64,000 nucleotides of DNA from an uncultured Gemmatimonadales bacterium (GTDB lineage Bacteria > Gemmatimonadota > Gemmatimonadetes > Longimicrobiales > RSA9): positions 834,058 through 898,057 of the forward strand of contig CAWCUS010000002.1 of assembly GCA_963798845.1 (NCBI GenBank), read 5' to 3'. The notes beneath the pieces are model-generated. The model worked only from the letters and a program-made list of their open reading frames with translations, made no database searches and was not told the DNA's origin. Positions 55,826 through 64,000 of the stretch are shown here, piece after piece. Within the stretch, counting starts at the first letter, position 1, and each line of letters opens with the position of its first letter. The translations under genes and the position numbers were made by a program.

Positions 55826-57396
55826 CGGAGACGCTCAGGCGACCGCCCGTCCCTCTGCCTCCGGGTGCCGTGCAGCTGCTGGACGTGTACACCTCCGGCC
55901 ACCCCGACCGGTTTGCGCGGCTCTGGGCGCGTCACGACGACGAGTGGTTCCGTCTCTATCCCGAGGCCGGGACGCACGGCGAGGATCCGATCGGCGCCGC
56001 GCGCACATCTCTGCGGGTCGACGGCCGGGCCTACGAGCTGGAGATGGCGGGGCCGGGGGGGCGGGAGGATGCCGAGTTTCTCGCCCTGGCGCTGGGAGCG
56101 AGCCTGCGGCACGAGATCGAGGCCCGGTCTGCGGCAAGGGAGCTGAGCGACCGCTACGAGGAGATCAATCTGCTCTACACGATCTCCGAGATCCTGGCGT
56201 CGTTCCTGTCCATGGAGGAAGCAACCACGCGGATCCTGGAGGAGGTGGCCGACGTGATGGGGGCGAGGCGCGCGGCACTCTGGGTGGTGGACCGCGGGCA
56301 CACGCACCTCACGCTCACCGCGGCCGTGGGCGACGAGGGGCTCACCGGGCCCATCGACATCAACGACCAGCGCTCGGTCACCGCGCGCGTCTTCCGGGAG
56401 CGGCAGCCGATCAACCTGGAAAGGGGAGACCGGCTGCCGCAGGGGACGATGCGCGAGCCGCGGCCCCACGGCGAGGAGCCCTACCTGTCCGTCCCCGTCA
56501 ACTTCACTCCGCCGGACGGCGGCAGCCGCACGCTCGGTGTGGTGACGCTGGTGGGCCGCCGCACGGAGGTACGCTTCAACGCCGGCGATCTCCGGCTCCT
56601 CACCGCCATCGCCAGCCAGGTGGGCGCGGCGCTGGAGACGCAGCGGATCGTACGCGAGAGTCTGCGCCGCGAGCGCATCGAGCGCGAGCTCGAGCTGGCG
56701 CACGACCTCCAGCTCAAGCTGCTGCCCGACGCCCACCAGTTCGCCCGGACGGCCCGTGTCGCGGCGCGTTGCGCCCCGGCGGAGTCGGTCGGCGGCGACC
56801 TGTACCACCTGTTCGAGATGTCGGGCGGCCGCCTGGGCGTGGTCATCGGGGACGTCTCGAGCCACGGCTTCTCGGCCGCGCTCATCATGGCCCTGACCAT
56901 GAGCGCCATCGCCATCTACGCGCAGGAGTCGAGCACGCCGGGCGAAGCGCTGCGGCGGGTGCACCAGGCGCTGATCGACGAGCTGGAAAGCACGGAGATG
57001 TACCTCACCATCCTCTTCGCGGTGGTGGACGCGGCGCGCGCCGAGGTCGTTTTCAGCAACGCCGGACACCCTCACGCGTTCGTCGTGCGCAGCGATGGCG
57101 GCGTGGCTCGGCTGGGCGCGACCAGCCCTCCGCTCGGCACGATCACGCTCCCGGAGTATGGCGAGGACCGGCTGCCGTGGAACGGCGACGACATGCTCGT
57201 GCTTTTCACCGACGGGCTCTCCGACGCGTTCTCGGGAGCTTCGGGGATCACCGGGGAGCAGGCGCTCATCTCCGAGGTCGTGGGGCTCCGCGCGGCGCAG
57301 CCCCAGGCGATCCTGGACGCGGTCTTCGAGCGGGCGACGGGCGGTCGGCTCGACATCCCGGCCAATGACCGGACGGCGGTGCTGGTGCGGAGCTGA
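55822..57396 (+). CDS. GAF plus PP2C (SpoIIE/RsbU-like) phosphatase
   Basis: GAF domain, coiled coil, VGGDLY, GDVSSHG, NAGHP, FTDGL. The final DD motif reads ND (ANDRT). Confidence 0.92.
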   Translation: MTETLRRPPVPLPPGAVQLLDVYTSGHPDRFARLWARHDDEWFRLYPEAGTHGEDPIGAARTSLRVDGRAYELEMAGPGGREDAEFLALALGASLRHEIEARSAARELSDRYEEINLLYTISEILASFLSMEEATTRILEEVADVMGARRAALWVVDRGHTHLTLTAAVGDEGLTGPIDINDQRSVTARVFRERQPINLERGDRLPQGTMREPRPHGEEPYLSVPVNFTPPDGGSRTLGVVTLVGRRTEVRFNAGDLRLLTAIASQVGAALETQRIVRESLRRERIERELELAHDLQLKLLPDAHQFARTARVAARCAPAESVGGDLYHLFEMSGGRLGVVIGDVSSHGFSAALIMALTMSAIAIYAQESSTPGEALRRVHQALIDELESTEMYLTILFAVVDAARAEVVFSNAGHPHAFVVRSDGGVARLGATSPPLGTITLPEYGEDRLPWNGDDMLVLFTDGLSDAFSGASGITGEQALISEVVGLRAAQPQAILDAVFERATGGRLDIPANDRTAVLVRS

Positions 57397-57403
57397 CGCC
57401 CCG

Positions 57404-58219
57404 GTGCGCGCCAAGAAGTCCCTGGGGCAGAACTTCCTCATCGACCCCAACCTCCAGAACAAGATCGTTGCCGCCCTCGACCCGGAGCCGGGGGACCTGG
57501 TCGTGGAGATCGGCCCCGGCCGGGGCGCCCTCACCGGCCGTCTCGCCGGACACGTCCGGCACCTCATCGCCGTCGAGCTGGACGACGCTCTCGCAGCGGA
57601 GCTGACGGCGCGCTACGGTGACGACCCGGACATCGCCATCGTGCACGGCGACGTGCTGGGATGGGATCCCGGCCCGGCTGTCGGTGGTGCGGTCTACAAG
57701 GTCGTGGGCAACATCCCGTACAACATCACGTCGCCCATCCTCTTCCGGATCCTGGAATGGAGGCCGCGTCCCGAACGGATCGTGCTCATGGTCCAGAAGG
57801 AAGTGGCAGAGCGGATCATCGCTGATCCCGGGACCCGCGCATACGGCGCCCTCACCGTAGGGCTGCGCACGGAGGCCGAAGTCGAGCGTCTCTTCAATGT
57901 CGGCAGGGGGGCGTTCCGCCCCGTGCCGAACGTCGATTCGACGGTGATCCGGCTGTGGCCGCGCCCGACGCCGGAAGGCGCGGGACGCGGCGAGACACTG
58001 CGCTCGCTCACTCGGGCTGCGTTCGGGATGCGGCGCAAGCAGCTCCAGAAGATCCTGCGCACCGCGCCAGGCTACGGCCTGGAGGCGGATGCGGCGGAGG
58101 CGGTGCTGCGGGAAACCGGGCTGGAACCGGAAGTCCGCCCCGAGCAGCTGTCGCCCGAACGTTTCATCGAGCTGGCCGCCGCGCTCGAGCGGCTGGATTT
58201 CCCTCGCCCGGAGGCGTGA
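57404..58219 (+). CDS. rsmA: 16S rRNA dimethyltransferase RsmA/KsgA
   Basis: KKSLGQNFL, EIGPGRGALT, GNIPYNIT, MVQKEVA, FRPVPNVDS. Confidence 0.96.
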   Translation: MRAKKSLGQNFLIDPNLQNKIVAALDPEPGDLVVEIGPGRGALTGRLAGHVRHLIAVELDDALAAELTARYGDDPDIAIVHGDVLGWDPGPAVGGAVYKVVGNIPYNITSPILFRILEWRPRPERIVLMVQKEVAERIIADPGTRAYGALTVGLRTEAEVERLFNVGRGAFRPVPNVDSTVIRLWPRPTPEGAGRGETLRSLTRAAFGMRRKQLQKILRTAPGYGLEADAAEAVLRETGLEPEVRPEQLSPERFIELAAALERLDFPRPEA

Positions 58220-58223
58220 ACCC

Positions 58224-59624
58224 TTGAGCACGGACGGCGCGTCGGAGCGGCAGAGGAGCGGCGCGGGCGCTTCCACCGGGGCCGTGCTGCGGAAGCTCGG
58301 GCTGCACCGGCGCGACCTGCGCAGCTGGGCCATGTACGACTGGGCCAACTCGGCGTTCGCCACCACGGTCATGGCCGCCGTGCTGCCCATCTACTACCTC
58401 AAGGTTGCCGGCAACACGCTGCCCGGGGTCGTCGCGGCGGCGTACTGGGCGTACACGGCCGCGGCCGCCCTGGCGATCATCGCCGTCATCTCGCCCGTGC
58501 TCGGCGCCATGGCCGACTACATGGGCGCCAAGAAGCGCTTCCTCGCCGGCTTCATGCTCCTGGGCGTGGCGGCCACGGCCGGCCTCACTTTCGTGGGGCC
58601 CGGGCAATGGGTGAAAGCATCCGGATTCTACATCCTCGGCAACATCGGCTTCACTGGCTCCATCGTCTTTTACGACTCGCTGCTCCCCCACATCGCCTCC
58701 GATGAGGAGATGGACCGTGTGACCACCGGCGGCTGGGCCATGGGCTACGTGGGCGGCGGGCTGCTGCTCGTGCTCAACGCCCTCATGCTCACCCATCCCG
58801 CCATGTTCGGCCTCGCCGACACCGCCGCCGCCTCCCGCGCCGCCTTCGCCACCGTCGCCGTCTGGTGGCTGCTCTTCTCCATCCCAGTGCTCCGGAACGT
58901 CCCGGAGCCGCCTCGTCGTATCGAGGCCGGAGAGGGCGGTGGCCGGTCGAACCCGGTGAGGATCGGGTTCCGTCGCCTGCGCGAGACGATCGGGGAGCTG
59001 CGGCAGTACCGCCAGCTGGCGCTGCTCCTGGTCGCGTTCTTCTTCTACAGCGACGGCATCGGCACCATCATCAAGATGGCGACCGTGTACGGCAGCCAGA
59101 TCGGGCTTCCCACCGGCGCCATCATCGGCGCCCTTCTGCTGGTCCAGTTCGTGGGCGTGCCGTTCACGTTCGCGTTCGGCGCGCTCGCCGACCGGATCGG
59201 GACCAAGAACGGGATCATCGTGGCGCTCACCGTCTACGCCGGCATCTCCGTGTTCGGCTATTTCGTCACCGAGACCTGGCACTTCTTCGTGCTGGCGTTC
59301 GCCGTCGGCATGGTGCAGGGTGGGGCGCAGTCGCTCAGTCGTGGACTCTTCGCATCCATGATCCCGAGGGCCAAGTCGTCGGAGTTCTTCGCTTTCTTCA
59401 GCGTCTTCGACAAGATGGCCGGCATACTCGGACCCGTGGTCTGGGGGATCGCCAGCCAGATCACCGGCAGCACCCGCGTGGGCATCCTCGCCATCATCGT
59501 GTTCTTCATCGGCGGCATCGCCCTGCTCCGCCGCGTCGACATTGAGGAGGGACGACGCGTGGCGCGCGCCGAGGACGCCCGCATGACCGCCGCGCCCGCG
59601 CTGTCCTCCGGCTCCGCCACGTGA
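58224..59624 (+). CDS. MFS transporter, UMF1/Atg22-like
   Basis: [34 protein letters not shown]; about 12 TM segments. Confidence 0.92.
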   Translation: MSTDGASERQRSGAGASTGAVLRKLGLHRRDLRSWAMYDWANSAFATTVMAAVLPIYYLKVAGNTLPGVVAAAYWAYTAAAALAIIAVISPVLGAMADYMGAKKRFLAGFMLLGVAATAGLTFVGPGQWVKASGFYILGNIGFTGSIVFYDSLLPHIASDEEMDRVTTGGWAMGYVGGGLLLVLNALMLTHPAMFGLADTAAASRAAFATVAVWWLLFSIPVLRNVPEPPRRIEAGEGGGRSNPVRIGFRRLRETIGELRQYRQLALLLVAFFFYSDGIGTIIKMATVYGSQIGLPTGAIIGALLLVQFVGVPFTFAFGALADRIGTKNGIIVALTVYAGISVFGYFVTETWHFFVLAFAVGMVQGGAQSLSRGLFASMIPRAKSSEFFAFFSVFDKMAGILGPVVWGIASQITGSTRVGILAIIVFFIGGIALLRRVDIEEGRRVARAEDARMTAAPALSSGSAT

Positions 59625-59634
59625 GACGCGCACC

Positions 59635-60462
59635 GTGACCGCCGCCATCGCCGCCATCGCCGGCACCGCCGCCGGCCTGGCCATTCTCGCCGCCGCCGCC
59701 GCCTGGCGACGCGGGCGACGGCGTGTTCGTCAGCTCGAGGCTGCCCTGGAGGAGGCGCGCAACGCCGGCCGGGACGCCGCCGACGCACGCGAGCTCTTCT
59801 TCGACCTCGTCACGCACGAGCTCCGCTCGCCCCTCTCCGCCATCCTCGGCTACCAGGAGCTGCTGGCGGACGGCGCGTTCGGCGCGCTCCGCGACGATGC
59901 CGCCGACGCCGTGGAGCGCATCGGCCGCTCCGCCAGCCACCTCCTCCACCTGATCGAAGGCGTCGTCCTGCTGAGCCGCCTCAGCGGCAGCGACGTGCCC
60001 CTCCAGCGCGCTCCCGTTTCCCTGGCGCTCCTCCTCACCCCCGTGGCCGACGCGTTCCGCGCCCACGCCCGCGAGCGGAACATCCAGGCCACGGTCCGCA
60101 TCCCGGAGAGGCTCCCCACCATCCTCACCGACCAGGACCAGCTCGTGCGCGCCCTGGACCTGCTCGTCACTTCCGCCGTCAAGCACCCCGCCGCCAACGC
60201 TCTCGAGCTGGAGGTCGAGCTCCACGACGACGGCGCCACGGTCCATGTGCGCGGCACCGCCCTGCGGCTCCAGGAGCACGAGATACCCGAGCTCCGCCTC
60301 GGCCTCCGCCTCGCCGTCGTCGCACGCATCGCCGCAGTCCTCGGCGGCGAGCTCGTCCTCTCGCCCTGCGATGCTCCCGTCGTCCGGGCACTGTCGTTCC
60401 GCATCCGCGGCCGCGTCGCGGAGGGCGTCGCAGCTTTTGACGGGGTTTCCCGCCGAGGGTAG
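59635..60462 (+). CDS. Membrane-anchored histidine-kinase-like protein with intact HisKA and degenerate ATPase domain
   Basis: One TM segment, H-box THELRSPLSAILGY; N, G1 and G2 boxes are degenerate. Confidence 0.75.
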   Translation: MTAAIAAIAGTAAGLAILAAAAAWRRGRRRVRQLEAALEEARNAGRDAADARELFFDLVTHELRSPLSAILGYQELLADGAFGALRDDAADAVERIGRSASHLLHLIEGVVLLSRLSGSDVPLQRAPVSLALLLTPVADAFRAHARERNIQATVRIPERLPTILTDQDQLVRALDLLVTSAVKHPAANALELEVELHDDGATVHVRGTALRLQEHEIPELRLGLRLAVVARIAAVLGGELVLSPCDAPVVRALSFRIRGRVAEGVAAFDGVSRRG

Positions 60463-60465
60463 GTT
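60437..60465 (+). promoter_or_regulatory. Putative sigma70 promoter of rex
   Basis: TTGACG, 17 nt, TAGGTT. Confidence 0.65.
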
Positions 60466-60467
60466 GT

Positions 60468-60485
60468 TTGTGAACGAATTCACAT
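60468..60485 (+). promoter_or_regulatory. Rex operator (ROP)
   Basis: TTGTGAA-CGAA-TTCACAT matches 13 of 14 positions of TTGTGAA-N4-TTCACAA, over the predicted start site and 24 nt before the rex ATG. Confidence 0.88.
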
Positions 60486-60509
60486 ACCCCGCGGACGCGG
60501 TCCCCCAGA

Positions 60510-61136
60510 ATGAAAAAGGCATCGGAGCCGACCATCGCCCGGCTGTCGCTCTACCTGCGCCTTCTCACGGAGCTCGAGGAAGGGCGGGTGGAGACGGTCT
60601 CGAGCGAAGAGCTGGCGAGGCGGAGCGGGACGTCGGCGGCGCAGGTGAGGAAGGACCTGTCGCTGTTCGGGACGTTCGGCAAGCGCGGCCTCGGGTACGG
60701 GGTGAGGGACCTGGAGAGGCGGCTGAAATCGATCCTCGGGCTGGAACGGCGCTGGGGAGTGGCGCTGGTGGGGGCGGGGCGCATCGGCGCGGCGCTGCTG
60801 GGCTACGAGAACTTCCGGCGGCAGGGCTTCGATTTCCGCGCGGTGTTCGACACGGACCCGCGGAAGGTGGGTAAGCGCTGGAACGGCCTGGTGGTGGAGC
60901 CGGATTCGAAGCTGGAGCGGCTGCTCCCGGAGCGTGAGATAGAGATCGCGGTGGTGGCGGTGCCGGCGCGGAACGCGCAGCGTGTGGTGGACCGGCTGGT
61001 GCGCTGCGGCGTGCGCGGGATCCTGAACTTCGCGCCGGTGCGGCTCGAGGTTCCTGCGGGAGTGTGGGTGAAGTCCGTGGACATGACCGTGGAAATGGAA
61101 GGGCTGTCGTACGCGCTGACGCAGGAAGACCTGTAG
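60510..61136 (+). CDS. rex: Redox-sensing transcriptional repressor Rex
   Basis: RLSLYLR, QVRKDLSLFGTFGKRGLGY, GAGRIG, GILNFAP. Confidence 0.97.
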   Translation: MKKASEPTIARLSLYLRLLTELEEGRVETVSSEELARRSGTSAAQVRKDLSLFGTFGKRGLGYGVRDLERRLKSILGLERRWGVALVGAGRIGAALLGYENFRRQGFDFRAVFDTDPRKVGKRWNGLVVEPDSKLERLLPEREIEIAVVAVPARNAQRVVDRLVRCGVRGILNFAPVRLEVPAGVWVKSVDMTVEMEGLSYALTQEDL

Positions 61137-61190
61137 GGCGGGCGTGCAGGGCGGTGCAGGCTGAGGCCTCGGCGGTCAAGGAGCTAACTG

Positions 61191-62438
61191 GTGGCGGAGC
61201 GGCGGGTGCGGGTGACGAGCGAGATCGGGGCGTTGCGACGAGTGATCTGTCACACGCCGGGCCCCGAGCTGTTGGCGGTGACGCCGTCGACGAAGGAAGA
61301 CTTCCTGTACGACGACATCATCGATCTTGAAGCGGCGGGGCGGGAGCACAAGCGCTTCAAGGCGCTGCTTTCGCGGTTCGCGGAGGTGTACGAGGTGCGG
61401 GACCTCCTGAGCGAGATCATCGACGTCCAGGAGGCGCGCTCGTTCCTGGTGGAGCGGGTCATGGACGTGGCGCGCTCGGAGCCTCTGGGGGCGTTCCTCC
61501 AGGAGCTGCCGGGAGACGAGCTGGTGAGCATGTTCGTTGAGGGCCGTGAGGTGGACCCGGGCCCGCTGGCCAGGCTGCTGAACGCGGAGACCTACGCGTT
61601 GCCGCCGCTGCCGAACCTGTTCTTCACCCGGGACGCGTCCATGGTCGTGGGCGACGGCGTGATCATCGGATCGATGCGTTACACGGTGCGGTGGACGGAG
61701 GAGATCCTGATGAAGTCGCTCTTCACGTTCCATCCCGGCCTGCAGAACGGCGGTCTGATCTACGACGGCAGTGAGGAGCGGCGCGTCGGCTACACGCTGG
61801 AAGGCGGGGACGTGCACGTGCTGCGCCACGACACGGTGGTGATGGGGCTGTCGCAGCGCTCGAGCCCGGGTGCGTTCGACGCCATCGTGGACGAGCTGAC
61901 CGGCAATTTCGGCATCGAGCACATCATCCTGGTCGTGCTCCCGACGGACCGGGCCATGATCCACCTGGACATGGTGTTCACGATGGTGGATCGCCACCAC
62001 GCCGTGATATTCCCGCCGGCGTTCGTGGGGCCGGATCGATACGCGGTGCTCTACTACCGCAAGGGGCATCCGGCGGGGATGCGCGAGATGCCGAACCTGT
62101 TTGCGGCGCTCCGCGAGGTGGACCTTCCGCTCGAGCCGATCTTCTGCGGCGGGGACAGGCGGGCGTTCCAGGAGCGGGAGCAGTGGGCGAGCGGCTGCAA
62201 CTTCGTCGCGGTGCGGCCGGGGGTGGTGCTGGCCTACTCGCGCAACGAGCACACGTTCGACGAGATGGAGCGGCAGGCGGGGTACCGCATCGTGGACGGG
62301 ATGGACTTCCTCACGGGCGACGACGAGCTGGAGGACGACGAGCTGGTGGCGCTCACCTTCGAGGGCGCCGAGCTGGTGCGTGGCGGCGGAGGCTCGCGCT
62401 GCATGACCATGCCCGTGGAGCGGGACGACGCCTGGTGA
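61191..62438 (+). CDS. arcA: Arginine deiminase
   Basis: VTSEIG.LRRV, PNLFFTRD, LEGGD, MIHLD, EQW..GCN, ELVRGGGGSRCMTMP. Confidence 0.9.
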   Translation: MAERRVRVTSEIGALRRVICHTPGPELLAVTPSTKEDFLYDDIIDLEAAGREHKRFKALLSRFAEVYEVRDLLSEIIDVQEARSFLVERVMDVARSEPLGAFLQELPGDELVSMFVEGREVDPGPLARLLNAETYALPPLPNLFFTRDASMVVGDGVIIGSMRYTVRWTEEILMKSLFTFHPGLQNGGLIYDGSEERRVGYTLEGGDVHVLRHDTVVMGLSQRSSPGAFDAIVDELTGNFGIEHIILVVLPTDRAMIHLDMVFTMVDRHHAVIFPPAFVGPDRYAVLYYRKGHPAGMREMPNLFAALREVDLPLEPIFCGGDRRAFQEREQWASGCNFVAVRPGVVLAYSRNEHTFDEMERQAGYRIVDGMDFLTGDDELEDDELVALTFEGAELVRGGGGSRCMTMPVERDDAW

Positions 62439-63124
62439 CGGTGATCCGGGCCTATCCGCCGCCGGAGGCCGTGCCAGCCCGTGACGGCGATCCCCGGCTG
62501 CACATGCTGCCGTACGTGGTCGTGGACTGCGAAACCACGGGCGGCTCACCCGGGCGCGGCCATCGGGTCACCGAGATCGCGGCCATCCGGGTGGACCGCT
62601 ACGGCCGGATCGAGGACGCAATGCGGACGCTGGTCAACCCGCTCCGCGCCATACCGCGCGGCATCACCCGCCTCACGGGCATCACCGACGAGATGGTGGC
62701 CGAGGCGCCCATCTTCCTCGAGGTGGCGCCGCGTCTACAGCAGCTCTTCGCGGGCGCCGTTTTCGTCGCCCACAACGCCCCCTTCGACCTCCGCTTCGTC
62801 GAGATGGAGATGCGCCGGGGGGACTTCGGCGCGCCGAAGGGGCGGGTCCTGTGCACGGTGCGCCTGGCCAGGAAGGTGCTGCCGCAGCTGCGGAGCCGAT
62901 CGCTGGACGCGCTCATCCACCACTTCGGCCTCGTGTGCGAGAGCCGGCACCGTGCCTACGATGACGCCCTGGCCACGGTGGACGTGCTGGTGCGCCTCCT
63001 CGACAGTGTCCAGGAACAGGGCGTGGACACCTGGGCGGAGCTGGATGAGCTGATCACCCGACGGAAGCCACGGCCGAAGCGATCGTCGCTCCCCCGATCC
63101 ATGGAGTACCCCGAATGGGCATGA
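62435..63124 (+). CDS. DEDDh 3'-5' exonuclease (DnaQ/epsilon-like)
   Basis: VDCETTG, AHNAPFD, HRAYDDA. Start is GTG 62435 or a downstream ATG. Confidence 0.92.
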   Translation: MTVIRAYPPPEAVPARDGDPRLHMLPYVVVDCETTGGSPGRGHRVTEIAAIRVDRYGRIEDAMRTLVNPLRAIPRGITRLTGITDEMVAEAPIFLEVAPRLQQLFAGAVFVAHNAPFDLRFVEMEMRRGDFGAPKGRVLCTVRLARKVLPQLRSRSLDALIHHFGLVCESRHRAYDDALATVDVLVRLLDSVQEQGVDTWAELDELITRRKPRPKRSSLPRSMEYPEWA

Positions 63125-64000
63125 TCCCCGACATCCCGGGAAGCGCGGCGGAGATGCCGCTGGTGCGGACGACGCGCGTGGGAGACATCACGGTCCACGC
63201 CCTCGAGGCCGGACTCCAGCGGCTGGATGGCGGTGCCATGTTCGGTGTGGTGCCCAAGCCGCTGTGGGAGCGGCGCATCCCCGCCGACGAGCGGAACCGC
63301 ATCCCGCTGGCCCTGCGCTGCCTCCTGATCGAGGCGCCGGACGCGCTCGTGCTGGTGGATACCGGGATCGGCAACAAGGACGACGAGAAGTTCCGGGACA
63401 TCTTCGGCGTCGACAACGATGGGACGCCCACGCGCCTGGAGGACGCCATCCGCGCGGCCGGCCACGACCCCGCGGACATCGACATCGTGCTGAACACCCA
63501 CCTGCATTTCGACCACGCCGGCGGCGACGCGCTGCGCGAGCCGGACGGCCGCATCCGACCGGCCTTCCCGGCGGCCAGGCACGTGGTCCAGGAGAAGGAG
63601 CTGGCGTTCGCGGGGATCCAGAACGAGCGTGTCCGGGCGAGCTACACCGCGCAGAACTACGAGCCCATCACGGAAGCGGGGCTGTGGTCGCTCGTGGACG
63701 GCGAAGCCGACATCGCCGCAGGCGTGAGCGTGCTGCCCACGCCGGGGCACACCCCGCACCACCACTCCGTGCTGATCCGCTCTCGCGGGGAGACGGGGTG
63801 CTTCCTGGCCGACCTGGTTCCCACCACCGCCCATCTCCCGCTCCCCTGGATCATGGGCTACGACCTGGAGCCGCTCGTCACGCTGGACACCAAGCGGGAG
63901 CTTCTCGCGCGCGCCGCCCGGGAGGAATGGCTGCTCTTCTTCCAGCACGACCCCGCCATCCCCTGGGGACGTCTCGACCCCGACGCGAAGCGGCCGAAGC
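63121..64000 (+). CDS. MBL-fold metallo-hydrolase (YtnP-like); 3'-truncated by the window edge
   Basis: My translation from ATG 63121: LDGGAMFGVVPKPLW, VDTGIG, THLHFDHAGG, TPGHTPHH, MGYDLEP. No stop before the end. Confidence 0.92.
   Translation, partial: MIPDIPGSAAEMPLVRTTRVGDITVHALEAGLQRLDGGAMFGVVPKPLWERRIPADERNRIPLALRCLLIEAPDALVLVDTGIGNKDDEKFRDIFGVDNDGTPTRLEDAIRAAGHDPADIDIVLNTHLHFDHAGGDALREPDGRIRPAFPAARHVVQEKELAFAGIQNERVRASYTAQNYEPITEAGLWSLVDGEADIAAGVSVLPTPGHTPHHHSVLIRSRGETGCFLADLVPTTAHLPLPWIMGYDLEPLVTLDTKRELLARAAREEWLLFFQHDPAIPWGRLDPDAKRPK

Overview
A very GC-rich bacterial chromosome segment, densely packed with about 61 core genes, all but two on the + strand and many coupled by ATGA/GTGA overlaps. 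Gene content and order suggest a diderm of the Gemmatimonadota (inference from recalled gene neighbourhoods, not a search). It covers envelope and export (cpoB-like, tatC, tatA, LptD-like, PpiD/SurA, LolA-like, Lnt, SpoIID, S41 protease), metabolism (hutH, hutI, aroQ, accBC, ino1 with a CDP-alcohol transferase, coaD, pta, arcA), translation (rimO, rpmE, prfA, prmC, obgE, prmA, rsmD, rsmA), DNA metabolism (ftsK, tmk, dprA, mutS2, dnaG, recJ, DnaQ-like) and regulation (nrdR, hrcA, an RsbV/W/U-like trio, a degenerate histidine kinase, rex with its operator). I saw no rRNA, tRNA, CRISPR array, IS, prophage or defence island. I cannot support a clearly new multi-gene system. The best leads are a +1 frame break in the LptD-like gene, a possibly lipid-anchored LolA on a long tether, an in-frame attenuator-like rpmE-prfA junction, an inositol-lipid gene pair, a likely ATP-dead pseudokinase upstream of a Rex-controlled rex-arcA unit, and signs of leaderless translation. 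All product calls come from recognising motifs in the translations; no database search was run.
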